DNA of 64,000 nucleotides from a virus (Duplodnaviria; Caudoviricetes). The notes below the pieces were generated by a model. The model saw only the letters and a program-made list of their open reading frames with translations, searched no databases and had not been told where the DNA came from. The stretch is taken from IMG/VR virus record IMGVR_UViG_3300010356_002264. One strand, 5' to 3'. Made by a program: the position numbers and the translations under genes. Positions 19,401 through 28,696 of this stretch are shown piece after piece (position 1 is the stretch's first letter; every line of letters begins with the position of its first letter).

Positions 19401-19910
19401 AGCGGACAGGGCCTGCCCCACTCCAGCTCCGGGGAGGTCGAACACGGAGACGCCCGTATTCCACACCCAGTCGGACGGGGGATCGACCCCCTCGCGGGGA
19501 AACGGCCTCGGGTCGACGGCAGGCCCTGGCGGGATCTGGTACCCGGGGTAGCGCTCCGGCCGACCTGACGGGTCCGACAGCTTCAGGGACCCCCAGTCGG
19601 GAACCCCCGACGCCTGCGTCCACGGAGGAGCGTACCTTCCGACCTGCGGAGGGGGAGGGGGAAGAGCGCCCGCCAGCGCGTCGATCGCCGACTGGACGCT
19701 CCCAGCCGGAAGCGTGTCTCCACCTCCACGAGCGGTCGCCGCGGAGGCTGCGGGCGGGGCGGGCACGAAGGGGCCACCCCCGCGCTCGACAGCACCCGTC
19801 GATGTCAGGTCGCCCGGATGGACGACTAGCGGTCCTCGCGACTCTACCACGGCGGCAGCGGGGTCGCCGGCCGGCGCGGGGGACCTTCCCGGTCCAGTCT
19901 CTGGGATCAC
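16497..19910 (-). CDS. Large virion structural protein (~1137 aa)
   Basis: Long Gly/Pro-rich ORF in a structural operon; GTG 19910 overlaps the upstream TGA. Confidence 0.7.
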   Translation of the reverse strand: MIPETGPGRSPAPAGDPAAAVVESRGPLVVHPGDLTSTGAVERGGGPFVPAPPAASAATARGGGDTLPAGSVQSAIDALAGALPPPPPQVGRYAPPWTQASGVPDWGSLKLSDPSGRPERYPGYQIPPGPAVDPRPFPREGVDPPSDWVWNTGVSVFDLPGAGVGQALSAGVAAGAGPTVRTLRAVRRWIDPATATRYEYVPVVVSGIIHPADRGVLALVKWPATRPDGKLTEAADFLAQPFEDRVVAAVLLGQGILPPPPPKPRQCSGCNDACDGSPGGIFDPGRDEDGNYDPLAFPGRASGQYDLREILLGVDSLDGLLLRAPYDDYDADGKQGARRAPGATWPAAGQVRLGTDGGAGPVLPYGIPILGASLSGYSPAPPPDASGQVVLGSTVLLTRKGAEPNFLAYRLPQVADYATLPYTPRGMDVLRSRETFRFFEKKLPAANILPDGTLLPAILPTAGLYGGLFHQDGWSRQIARYRHAFLAPAPGAGLVRVGTYLLLHFRTEGAFEKFVLTGALDLGDLYGARVADTIRPGYMSNVSNFDGGGARPPRGPAPTYGYASVSYHAVRAEVSVPAEPTTPASATGSAKWSVAATPPVMWVSGVAYYVPTDPTTGDSLIGLLSVGLQGAMGVFETGVFGVDDARLFARVIPPAVIAPPCPVVLSLAAFGWGEHPTIPGQPSIEVPEGASPPAALTSFAGSAGDPRLRRVEVPLTHCGNNARGTYGGLNAPDPTDTLDVSCTTTMPLRGDTDTPSFSSDARIRAFVRSRHDGGLWPSDRGVELTLDPPAQVMLHTAGNFGASLPRTGNYTTGGAVPYGVPASLANTDRDKDERFLDEVYRWTNEWTPVDSIYAFPASQALSGPGLGTWLPAYLALPVRIAHTAGWQEMSWVRLGRHLDPLKLGHLQVAGLPHRAPSAVEQAAYPHPSTGVVRYPAVDYAAAGVRPSKADDGLSVDQPDYSKALGPRAYVRAIDMGYEYAGRSVVTLRVDGVDLSDIGYVAPGPGQRGVVAVHVKVPGLTTWMDAGRRDGTGPGKQSPTEDGAGCLIHGPGTESGVDPDTGLVYCRLRLNLGDFAALRPSGFLEEVPLLVRVTMTPEALPYDLSHPKNPLTGTFGTSDVTAPNLFVRGVVGIRREVP

Positions 19911-22900
19911 GACAGCACCTCCCTCTCTCCTGTCCACGCCATCCAGCGGCCCTCCACCCTGTAGAGGGCTGCGGAGCTATGTTCCGGGACTCCGCCCGGC
20001 CCCACCTCGACCGAGCTGCTCGCGTCGAGCACCCCGTAGCGGGATAGGACCACCAGCACCACCTCAGACCTGCGGAGGAGCAGGCCATTGCTCGTCGTGT
20101 ACACGTCCTCCAGGGCACGGCACAGCAGCGGGACCGCCGCCCGGTGACAGGACGGACCTGACAGCTCGGAGGCGAGGGCGCGCACGGCCTCGTCGTCCTG
20201 GCTCGCAGCGGGGTAGTAGGCGCGCCCCTCTGCGTCGCGTCGAGGGAGCGCGCCCGGGTCCCCACCTCCCAGCACCAGGACAGCCCCACACGGAACCGGC
20301 AGCAGGGTAGGCAGCCGAAGCGCCCCGGCAAGGGCCTGGAGCCCCGACACGGACACCGTGGACCCAGCAGACAGCGCGTCGTCTCGCGTCACGTCGCCAA
20401 GGAACCGGCCATCGCGCAGGGGCAGGAGGTCTCCCCTTGGGAAGGGGCGATCAGACTCAGGGCTTCCCGCCCCAGCCTGGAGAAGCCAGGCTGACGCCTC
20501 TGCCAGAACCTCCACCCGAACGGCTGGAGGCATCGAGTTTGCCCCGTCGTGCACGCCTGCCGTCTGCGGGGCCGCTGCGGGGTAGAAGATCGCCACCTGA
20601 TAACCCGCCGCCCCGTAGTTGGGGATCGGGTCCTGGGGGAAGTAGGTCACGATGCAACGGCGTGACCCCGGTGACGGAAACGGGTTCAGCAGGCGCACGA
20701 CGCGCTCGCTCGACCCGTACGGCGTGTTCACCTCGTCGACCGGAAGCACCGCTCCCGTCACCACGTCGGTCACCGTGACGAGACCCGCGCCACCGAAGAC
20801 CCGTCGTGGTAGCACGAGTTCGTAGCGGTTTCGGCTCACCACGACCTCGTCGACCGGAGTGCCAGGCTTGCCGGCGCCGGCCTTGTGAGTGCGGGTCACG
20901 TTCGCCACGTACTCGACGCGCGCCTCTCGCGCAGGGGCTGTGACGCGTCCCCGCGCGAGGCGCTCGAAGTCCGCAGGCCGCTGGGCGGGGTCTGCCTCGA
21001 TGACGGGACCCAGCCCTGCTGCTTTACCGTCGTAGACAATGTTGTCGGGGTACGCCTCCCCCTCCGGGGTCGCGGCGAGACCACCCGCAGGGGGGTAGCT
21101 CACCTCGAGCTCCAGGAAGATGCGCCGGTCGGAACCAGGTAGCCCCCCGTCATCACGGCCCACGAGTCGGTACAAAGTGGCCCCGCCGTAGCCGCTGTCG
21201 GCCGCCTGGTCGTTGCGCAGCAGGCACACCTCTACGTGTCGAGTCCCCAGGCCCCGCACCCACCGGATCTCCACTTCGCGCGAGGTGTCTGCGGAGGACA
21301 GTCCGTCGTCATGCTCCCCAAACACTACGTCCGTGATGACCGTGCCGGGCGGAGCGAGGTCAGGAAACAGCACCTTGGCGGCGGGTGCGCTCGTCCCGTC
21401 TCCTCCCCGACCGTCGAACTCTGAACCAAGCTGCGAGCAGTCCATGCGGTCCAGGTCCACGTGCAGGACGTCGCCCTCCGTCCATGTGTCGATGGCGAGG
21501 GGCTTTCCGCCCTTCTCCGACTTGACGACGTAGAGGGCGGGGTCCTCTCTTCCAGGTTTGGCCGGGCCTCCCTGAGCGGTTGCGGTGGGGCGATCTCCCG
21601 GCCACAAGGCGAAGCACACGCGCTCGACCGTCGAGCGCCCCGAGAAGGTGCGAGCGACGTGGTCGAGGTTGCGCGCGCAGCGCCCGATGCCGGTGTCTCC
21701 AGAGCTCGGAGGCGCGCCTCCCTGGGCCGCGGTCCGTCCGAACTCCTCTGCCATGAGGTGCGAGGTTCCCACCTCGCCCGTCTGCGCGCCCGCTCGCCCG
21801 GACGCATCGCCGGCCCAGGTGCGCAGCTCCCCACGAAGCAGGCGCTGGGACTGGTGCGCCAGGTCGGCGACGAAGTCGTTCCCCGCCAGGGCCGTGTGGT
21901 GCCGCACGTCAAGAAGGTCGTGCGGGCGCAGCACGTCGGCGAACGACCCGTCTGGACGATCAGATCGTCCCGCGGGCACCACGAGTCCAGAGGCTGTGGT
22001 GTAGCCTCCATGGTCCGACGTGGGAGCGCCGTTCGCGTTGTTGCGAGGGTCGAAGCCGAGCGCCGCGGCCCCAGCCGACGAGCAGTCGTTACGTCGGAAC
22101 ACCAGGCAGACCGGCAGCGCGAGGACGAACCCATCCACGCTCCCAAGGTCGGCAGCGGCCTGCGCGGTCCCGTCCCCCGCTACCCAGAGGCCATCGTCCT
22201 GGTCCCCATAGCGCGCGGCGGAGCTCTCCAGCCAGGAGGATCGTCCGTCAGCGGGGACGAACGGGTAGGAGCGCTTGTCGATCAGGTTCCCCGTCCATAC
22301 GGGCTGCTTGCGCCCTCCCTGGGCGAACACAGCCGGGTGCGGGCCTCCTGACGAGGGTGACGAGAACCCATCGGGGTGGTCGCGGAACGATACCGCCTCG
22401 TCCACTCCGGTGGCACGCAGGCGGTACTGCGTCTGAACCCGGAGGCACGTCTCCTGGTTCGACGTGAGGTCGAGGATCTCGTCGGGCAGCGCTAGGGCCC
22501 CAGGCGACAGCACGTTACCGTGCCGGTACACCGTGGTGGGAGAGGGGCGCGCGGGCTGGTCGTACCCGCCAGAGAACGTCGCGCCGGACACCTTGAGCGC
22601 TCCGGGCTGGGCGGTGACGACCGTGATGGGGATCGAGTTGCCCGCCACGCCTGGAGACGCGTAGAAGTCCACCTCGGAAGCGTTAGCGCGCGCCGTGACG
22701 AGCGCCGACCCAGGCCACAGGGGGTCAGAGGCAGCCATCTCGATGTTAATGGCCGTGGCCTCCGGGGTCGCCCCCACCTGGAACTCGCCGGGCGCGGCGG
22801 GCGCCGCCGACCGTGCGGTGAGCACGAACCCTCCAACGTCGATGGTGTCGCCGTCCGAGAGGGCCTTCACGTCGATCACCACCACGAAAGCCGTCGCTCG

Positions 22901-23446
22901 CCCTGCGGGAGCGACGAGCGCCCGCCACACCTCCAGGAACACGAAGTCGGTCCGCTTGACCGTCTTCGGTGTGCCGTCGTAGATCGTGGGTGGATCGAGG
23001 GGGATGATGTTCCAGCCAGGGGTCTTGGTGTTCGTGTACTCGACGACGATCGGCATCCCGGCCACGAGCGCATCCAGCCGCCGGATGACGAGCCCGTTGC
23101 GCAGGACCCCCCCGGTGATGACCTTCCTCCCGCTGTCGTCGGACAAGCGCCACGGAGCGGGCCCCACAGCAAGGTCGAGCGCCGGGCTCACGCGCCGGGA
23201 GGCCCGGAGCCAGCCCGATGGGGCCTGGTGCGACAGCACGTCGGCCCAGCGCTCGTCGAGGTTCAGCTGCGCGAGGTTGAGGTCCCGGTCGAGGACGGGC
23301 TTTCCCGCCTGGAGGACAACGAGGTTGGTCGCGCGCGACCCGGTGTGCCACCCCGTCGTCGTCGAGGTACCCACGACGCGTACCTCCTTGGGGGTGGTCC
23401 CCAGGGCGAGGGCGTCGTAGTAGTCGGTGCGGTCGATCTTCGGCAT
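19907..23446 (-). CDS. Large virion structural protein (1179 aa), DUF6519-like N-terminus; paralog of <1..6187
   Basis: VVLQAGKPVLDRDLNLAQ, RTDFVFLEVWRALV, YRHGNV, RVQTQYRLR, LGSVDGFVLALPVCLVFRRN, RPDGSFAD. Confidence 0.7.
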   Translation of the reverse strand: MPKIDRTDYYDALALGTTPKEVRVVGTSTTTGWHTGSRATNLVVLQAGKPVLDRDLNLAQLNLDERWADVLSHQAPSGWLRASRRVSPALDLAVGPAPWRLSDDSGRKVITGGVLRNGLVIRRLDALVAGMPIVVEYTNTKTPGWNIIPLDPPTIYDGTPKTVKRTDFVFLEVWRALVAPAGRATAFVVVIDVKALSDGDTIDVGGFVLTARSAAPAAPGEFQVGATPEATAINIEMAASDPLWPGSALVTARANASEVDFYASPGVAGNSIPITVVTAQPGALKVSGATFSGGYDQPARPSPTTVYRHGNVLSPGALALPDEILDLTSNQETCLRVQTQYRLRATGVDEAVSFRDHPDGFSSPSSGGPHPAVFAQGGRKQPVWTGNLIDKRSYPFVPADGRSSWLESSAARYGDQDDGLWVAGDGTAQAAADLGSVDGFVLALPVCLVFRRNDCSSAGAAALGFDPRNNANGAPTSDHGGYTTASGLVVPAGRSDRPDGSFADVLRPHDLLDVRHHTALAGNDFVADLAHQSQRLLRGELRTWAGDASGRAGAQTGEVGTSHLMAEEFGRTAAQGGAPPSSGDTGIGRCARNLDHVARTFSGRSTVERVCFALWPGDRPTATAQGGPAKPGREDPALYVVKSEKGGKPLAIDTWTEGDVLHVDLDRMDCSQLGSEFDGRGGDGTSAPAAKVLFPDLAPPGTVITDVVFGEHDDGLSSADTSREVEIRWVRGLGTRHVEVCLLRNDQAADSGYGGATLYRLVGRDDGGLPGSDRRIFLELEVSYPPAGGLAATPEGEAYPDNIVYDGKAAGLGPVIEADPAQRPADFERLARGRVTAPAREARVEYVANVTRTHKAGAGKPGTPVDEVVVSRNRYELVLPRRVFGGAGLVTVTDVVTGAVLPVDEVNTPYGSSERVVRLLNPFPSPGSRRCIVTYFPQDPIPNYGAAGYQVAIFYPAAAPQTAGVHDGANSMPPAVRVEVLAEASAWLLQAGAGSPESDRPFPRGDLLPLRDGRFLGDVTRDDALSAGSTVSVSGLQALAGALRLPTLLPVPCGAVLVLGGGDPGALPRRDAEGRAYYPAASQDDEAVRALASELSGPSCHRAAVPLLCRALEDVYTTSNGLLLRRSEVVLVVLSRYGVLDASSSVEVGPGGVPEHSSAALYRVEGRWMAWTGEREVLS

Positions 23447-24163
23447 CTAAGCGGCCTTCGCGCGAGCTTCCGCGCCCCTCGTGTAGGTTCGTACCCGGTG
23501 GCAGTTCGCGCACACGAGCTCGCACTTGGCGATCTCGGCGAGGACCTTGGAGCGACTCCAGGACCACATGTCGGTCACCTCGGAGTGCTTCTCTCCTCGC
23601 ACGTGGTCGAAGTCCATCGCGACTGATGGGTAGGTGCGCGTGCAGTCCATGCAGGGGTTTGATTTCAATACAAACAACCAATCACGAAACTCGATTAGCT
23701 TCTTTGTCTTAGGGGTGGACCGCCCCTCATGCGTCTTAATGCGATGACACACACAGCAGAGAAGGTCGCACTTCGCGATCTCCTCCAGAACAAGCTCGCG
23801 ACGATAGTTCGTCATACTACTTACTGTGTACTTCTTCACCCCGCGTACATGGTCGAACTCCATGACGTAGTGCGGATACAGGTTTACGCACCGCCCGCAG
23901 GACTTCCCCTCCTTCAAAGAGCGGAGGAACTCGACGAAGTCAGCCTGCTTCCGTCGGTAGTAGGTGAGCATCTTCTCGCGGTTCTCTGCGGTCCACGCCT
24001 GACGCGCAGGCTCATATCGCTCCTTGTTAGCGTGGTAGCGCTCGCGACTCCTGGCGTTGTGTGCCTTGGGGTCCGCGTAGTATTGCTCCATAGCACGCGC
24101 GATGGCTTGCTCTCTATGCTCGATGTAGTATTGAGCGTTATATGCTCGTTTTCTTTCTGACAT
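23447..24163 (-). CDS. Free-standing HNH endonuclease with two tandem HNH/Zn-finger units (putative homing endonuclease)
   Basis: CGRC..MEFDHVRG..IAKCDLLCCVCHRIKT and CMDC..MDFDHVRG..IAKCELVCANCHRVRT; basic N-terminus; lower GC than flanks. Confidence 0.85.
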   Translation of the reverse strand: MSERKRAYNAQYYIEHREQAIARAMEQYYADPKAHNARSRERYHANKERYEPARQAWTAENREKMLTYYRRKQADFVEFLRSLKEGKSCGRCVNLYPHYVMEFDHVRGVKKYTVSSMTNYRRELVLEEIAKCDLLCCVCHRIKTHEGRSTPKTKKLIEFRDWLFVLKSNPCMDCTRTYPSVAMDFDHVRGEKHSEVTDMWSWSRSKVLAEIAKCELVCANCHRVRTYTRGAEARAKAA

Positions 24164-24173
24164 AGTTGTTATG

Positions 24174-24773
24174 TTAAAAACTTATTCTCCACGTGATCTT
24201 GAGCCGGCCCCTCGCGGGTTTGTTAATTACACCGAATGTGAAGTAGTTAAATAGTAAATCCTTACCGCGAACATCCACGGTCGGATCATATTGAAGCGGT
24301 TTTTGACTAATTGGATTCGTCACCGCGGGGTTCGGAGAGGCCGGCAGGAGGAGCGCCATCTCGTTGAGGGGGGCGACCGCCTCGCCGTCCGCCAGGACGG
24401 TCACGAAGTCCACCACGTTGGTGTCGTAGGAGACGGCTCGTCCCGCCTGGTCCCGATTTTGGACGGCCGCGAACGTCTTGCGAAACACCTCGCGGTTCAG
24501 CCGACGCTGCTCGGGCTGGGGGCGGTCGGGGTTGTTGGGGTCCTCGCCGGTCGCGCCAGTCCCCACGGCGAGCATCGTGACCCCGTTGTTCTGCCCCGCC
24601 GTCGGCAGGCGCGAGTCGCGTACCAGCCGACACATCGCGATCGAGGCGTCGTACACGATCGTGTTGGGAATGAGGCGGGTGAGGACGAGCTCATCCTCCG
24701 CGTCGTATAGCTCCAGCAGGACGACGCCCTTGGCGTCCTGCGTGGTGCGCTGGTCATGCTGGAAGATGTGCAT
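24174..24773 (-). CDS. Tail-collar/fibre-anchor-like structural protein (199 aa)
   Basis: MLAVGTG...LNREVFRK...VDFVTVL...EA...LNEMAL...LFNYFTF...KITWRISF, a pattern typical of phage tail fibre N-terminal/collar proteins. Confidence 0.65.
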   Translation of the reverse strand: MHIFQHDQRTTQDAKGVVLLELYDAEDELVLTRLIPNTIVYDASIAMCRLVRDSRLPTAGQNNGVTMLAVGTGATGEDPNNPDRPQPEQRRLNREVFRKTFAAVQNRDQAGRAVSYDTNVVDFVTVLADGEAVAPLNEMALLLPASPNPAVTNPISQKPLQYDPTVDVRGKDLLFNYFTFGVINKPARGRLKITWRISF

Positions 24774-24953
24774 GCGGGTCCTCTCGTATAATGGGCGCAG
24801 TCATGGAACAGGAACACAATACGCAGCGGGACTGGGAGGTCATCCACCAAGGTCCCCATCGTCTCCTGACGACGTCCTCCATGGAGTCTCACACCATCAC
24901 CTACCCTGCGCAGGTCGTGGGGCAGGCGATCGTCGTCGGGGGTAAACCACTCC

Positions 24954-25109
24954 ATGAGGATCCTCCTGTTCAACGTGTTCATCCTGTGGGTCGGGTGTAG
25001 CTGCGGCACCTCAGGGCGAAAGATCCCCTCCATCCAGGAGCCTAAGGCCCCGCCGGGGCCAGACGTCCCCTCGAGTGGTGGGTGCGAGCAGATCAAGCGC
25101 TGCGCGTAG
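24954..25109 (+). CDS. Putative small lipoprotein/secreted peptide (51 aa, MRILLFNVFILWVGCSCGTSG...)
   Basis: Below the track cutoff; hydrophobic N-terminus ending WVGC; its TAG abuts the next class I element. Confidence 0.4.
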   Translation: MRILLFNVFILWVGCSCGTSGRKIPSIQEPKAPPGPDVPSSGGCEQIKRCA

Positions 25110-25146
25110 TCAGCTCTGGACGGGCCCCCGCGTTCGATGTGGGATT
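25110..25146 (+). promoter_or_regulatory. Class I promoter-like element TCAGCTC-N18-CGAT-N8-ATG
   Basis: CAGCTC 25111-25116; ATG 25147. Confidence 0.72.
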
Positions 25147-25425
25147 ATGAGCGAGCCCACAAAACTATCAGACCAGGCTCAGAGCCTGGATGAGATCGAA
25201 CGGCGCATCCGCCTCGCGGCCTACAAGCTGGCCGATGACGCAGCCCGAGGCGGCTTAGCCTCCGATGGAGGCGCTAGGGAACTGCTGACCACCCTCAAGA
25301 TCTGGCAGCAGGGGCTGCGCGGAGAGATCCCAGAGTCGATCCGCGCCACCCTGACGAACCCGAACTATCCCACCTACTTCGAGGATGTGCAGACCCCGGA
25401 CTTACGCAAGCCGCCTCCGGGCTAG
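25147..25425 (+). CDS. Hypothetical protein (92 aa)
   Basis: Track ORF 25075..25425 restarted at ATG 25147 (MSEPTKLSDQ...). Confidence 0.7.
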   Translation: MSEPTKLSDQAQSLDEIERRIRLAAYKLADDAARGGLASDGGARELLTTLKIWQQGLRGEIPESIRATLTNPNYPTYFEDVQTPDLRKPPPG

Positions 25426-28400
25426 GGGAGTAGCTCGATCGACACGAGCCAGGGGGCCGGCGCGAGCACGTAGGCGGGTCCCTGACCCCTGCGGTCGAGT
25501 GTGGGGGTTCCCGGATGCTTCCCTCCGCGCGGGCGGAACAGGCCCCCGACCAGCATCGCCCCGACGTTGGTGCCGTCCCGCGGGCGCGGGAACGTCTCCT
25601 CGTAGCCCTCAAGCTCGATGTTCGGCCCTCCACCCCCGTCGTCGCCCGGCCCGTCGCCTGTCGTTGGAGGTCCGTCATCTGGGTCGTCGCTCGCGACCCA
25701 GACGCGCTGACGAACACCCCCGTCCTCGATGCGGCGCTCCGCCTGTAGGAGCAGCGAGCGGTCCACGTCGAGGGGGTCGTAGCCCGCGGACTTTCCCGTC
25801 GAGTCAGGGTCCGCGTAGTCCCTGCGCGTGGGGCGGCTCATCCACAGGGGGTAGAAGGGCGGGGTGCCCTCCCCGTGCTCGTGCGGCGACCCCGCGACGG
25901 CCATCGACTCCAGCGTCTCGGGGTGGGTCATGCGCGCGGGCACTCCCTCCACCTCCACAACGCCCTCGTACACCACAGGTAGCTGGACCGCACCGTCGTC
26001 GCGCAGCTCGACCACGGGGGGTTCCCACCAGTGAGTCGTGCCTAGGGGGCGTGCGCGGAACAGGCGCGCGAGGCGAACGCCGGCCGCATCCATCGAGGCC
26101 ACGCCAGCGCGTGCGGGCACGCTGAACCTTGCGGGCAGCGCGTCTGAGAGGTGGTCGCCCGAGGAGGTCATCGCGCTGCGTCCGAGGACCGCAGCACGCT
26201 GCGGTCCCACCTCGCCGGGAACGTCACGAGCCGCAACGCGCACGCGCGCACCCAGGTGCTCGACCAGGCCGAGAGAGGCGGGTCCGACGCCTACGAGCAC
26301 TCCCTGAGCGGACCCGTTCGCACTCGGGGCCTCCTCGTACCCGGCGCGAACCACCACGCTCGCGTCGTCGATCCTGTCAGATAGCCACCCGGAGGGGAGT
26401 GGGGTGCCTGGGGCCTGTACCACCGCTCCCCAGGCTGGGTCGAGCAGGACGCGAAGGTTCGTTGACACCCGCGGGTCTACGTCCTTGAGGGGCAGCCGCC
26501 AGGACGCGAGGGCACCAGGGTTAGCGGGGTCGAGCAGCAACCCCACCGTGCGACGAGCCCCGGCGGGTGGGGGCAGGAAGACCGCAACGCGGTACAAGCG
26601 GGCTCCCGAGGTCGCGGCCACAGTGGCCCCCGGCGAGGCGCGGACGGATCCCGCCAAGTCGACAGGCGAGAGGGGGATAGGGGGGGCCCCCTCGACGAAC
26701 ACGATGCCTCCCACGAAGGAGATACCCACCTCGACGCGCACGGGACCCGCGAGGATGGGGACGCTCGTGCGGAAGGCCGCACCCGCGCGGACCTCCGCGA
26801 CCCCGCGCCGCAGGTGCACCTCGACTCCGTGGTCGGCGTCGCCGAGCACGAGGCGTACGTCCGATCCCCCCGGGTCCACCCGCGCCGACATGCGCAGCAG
26901 GAACGCGGTGGGCAGGTCGATGTCGGAGGACGGGCTTCCGTCCGCGCGCAGCGCGACGGGAGAGGACACCCATCTCCCCCCGGTCGTCATCCACCCGGAC
27001 AGCGCAGGATCGGTACCAGACGACAACCCAGCTCCGTCCGGCAACCAGACGCGCTCGACGCCTCCGTCCATGACGGTGACGAGGGAGGCGAGGACAACCC
27101 GACGATCCCCGTCGCACACGTCGACCCACAGGTCGCCAGTTCCCGTCTCCTCTCTTACGGCCGCGGTCGAGACCACCTGCACCATCGCGCCCCGCTCCAT
27201 GAGCGGGGTTAAGAGGGCCGCGCCGGCCGGATGAGCTCCTCCGTCCCCTCGCAGGGTGACAAGACCCACGGAGGGCGTCACCTCTGCGGGAGGTACTTCG
27301 ACCCAGTCGGCCGATGGAAAGGCAACCGGTAAGGGGGAGTCGACGACGAGAGCACGGTCGGGAAGGCGCGCGCCGTACGCCTCTCCCACGACAGCCTGCC
27401 AGGTGGACCGACCCACGATAGACCCGAACATCCCAGCGCCCTGCGTCAGAGGGTCCGCGACGCCCCGAAGGAGGAGGGGCGCGCGGAGCGGAGGTCTCGC
27501 GCCTCCGCTGGCTTGGACGAGCGCGGCCTCCGCGGAGGCTGCGGAGGCCGACACCTCCGCTCCGCGCACGTCGACCCGGAGGATCCAGGTCGAGGACGTC
27601 ACGCCGAGGTCCAGGGTTCCTCGAAGGCTGCGTCCTCCCTCCTCGTCCGGGTCTACCGGCAGGGGATCGACGAGGTCCAGCAGCACCTGAGACAGGTCGT
27701 TCCGGTGCACGCGTGCGATCACGAGAGCTCCCGCCTGAGGCCCGGAGGCAATCCGTAGGCGGTCTCCCGGTCGAAGCGCCCTGGTGAGTCCTGTCTGGCT
27801 GACGACACGCAGCGTCGTGGGGGTCTCCGCCCGCAGGTCAAGGGCCGGAAAGAGCCCCCACGCGGACGCGTCGGTCCATTCCCCGTTGCCCGTGAGGAGG
27901 CCCAGGTGACGAAACCCCTCGACGTCAACGACGGCCGCAAGGGCCATCGTCCCTCCGTCATGCACGCCGATGGCCGCGCGGGGGGAGAAGGCGGGGGAGT
28001 CGGGAGGGTCTACGACGACGCGCCCCGTGAGGAAGCTGCGCCCCGCGTCGCGCGCAGGAATTGGCGTGGTGGCGAACACCGCGTCAGGGTCAGCCATCAC
28101 CACCACACCATCCTGGGTGGGTCTGGCGTCTCCAGACCCACGCACGTCCCAGAGAGAGGCGAACGCCGCGGGGTCGAGCGAGACGCGCACCCGGACGAAG
28201 CGCCCTGACAGGGGAGTGGGTGGAGAGTAGCCGAGGCGGCGACCTACTCGCATCCCGATGGGGTCTCCGAGGAGGCTTGCACGAGAGCGGTCCTGCGCGA
28301 GGTACCGATGGGCGACCCGCAGGGGCTGCGGGTTTGGAACCGGACCTCCCACCACGAGCGTCATGCGCCCGCGCGACCCGGGGGGTCCCACGGGCATCCC

Positions 28401-28664
28401 GACCTGCCCGAGGCGTGCACCGGGGAGACCGACGCGCATCGGGAGGACCGCGTGGGGAACCGAGATGGCCTCGATCTCCACCAGCGTGCCCGGCGGGACG
28501 GGGGTCTTGGGGCGCACCGCTCCGAGGTAGGGGTCAAGGTCCTCGACCTCGGCGACCTTCCCCGCGACCCGAAGCACCACGTCAGCGATCGTCGCGGGAA
28601 GGTGGGGACCTAGCCGCGAGACCCAGGGACCACCACCGAACACGAGGGGGAATCGCTTGGACAT
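25422..28664 (-). CDS. Large probable structural protein (1080 aa)
   Basis: Long beta-rich ORF; class II element GG-TAGGAT-N6-ATG upstream. Confidence 0.7.
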   Translation of the reverse strand: MSKRFPLVFGGGPWVSRLGPHLPATIADVVLRVAGKVAEVEDLDPYLGAVRPKTPVPPGTLVEIEAISVPHAVLPMRVGLPGARLGQVGMPVGPPGSRGRMTLVVGGPVPNPQPLRVAHRYLAQDRSRASLLGDPIGMRVGRRLGYSPPTPLSGRFVRVRVSLDPAAFASLWDVRGSGDARPTQDGVVVMADPDAVFATTPIPARDAGRSFLTGRVVVDPPDSPAFSPRAAIGVHDGGTMALAAVVDVEGFRHLGLLTGNGEWTDASAWGLFPALDLRAETPTTLRVVSQTGLTRALRPGDRLRIASGPQAGALVIARVHRNDLSQVLLDLVDPLPVDPDEEGGRSLRGTLDLGVTSSTWILRVDVRGAEVSASAASAEAALVQASGGARPPLRAPLLLRGVADPLTQGAGMFGSIVGRSTWQAVVGEAYGARLPDRALVVDSPLPVAFPSADWVEVPPAEVTPSVGLVTLRGDGGAHPAGAALLTPLMERGAMVQVVSTAAVREETGTGDLWVDVCDGDRRVVLASLVTVMDGGVERVWLPDGAGLSSGTDPALSGWMTTGGRWVSSPVALRADGSPSSDIDLPTAFLLRMSARVDPGGSDVRLVLGDADHGVEVHLRRGVAEVRAGAAFRTSVPILAGPVRVEVGISFVGGIVFVEGAPPIPLSPVDLAGSVRASPGATVAATSGARLYRVAVFLPPPAGARRTVGLLLDPANPGALASWRLPLKDVDPRVSTNLRVLLDPAWGAVVQAPGTPLPSGWLSDRIDDASVVVRAGYEEAPSANGSAQGVLVGVGPASLGLVEHLGARVRVAARDVPGEVGPQRAAVLGRSAMTSSGDHLSDALPARFSVPARAGVASMDAAGVRLARLFRARPLGTTHWWEPPVVELRDDGAVQLPVVYEGVVEVEGVPARMTHPETLESMAVAGSPHEHGEGTPPFYPLWMSRPTRRDYADPDSTGKSAGYDPLDVDRSLLLQAERRIEDGGVRQRVWVASDDPDDGPPTTGDGPGDDGGGGPNIELEGYEETFPRPRDGTNVGAMLVGGLFRPRGGKHPGTPTLDRRGQGPAYVLAPAPWLVSIELLP

Positions 28665-28678
28665 GCCCCCATCCTACC
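28665..28678 (-). promoter_or_regulatory. Class II promoter-like element (GG-TAGGAT-N6-ATG)
   Basis: Hexamer 28671-28676. Confidence 0.6.
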
Positions 28679-28696
28679 GCGGGGGTGACGGGCTCC

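Noticed and set aside
24791-25000. Track ORF 24791..25000 (+) behind a TATAAT
   Set aside because: No recognisable features, and it overlaps the better-punctuated 24954..25109 ORF; left uncalled.
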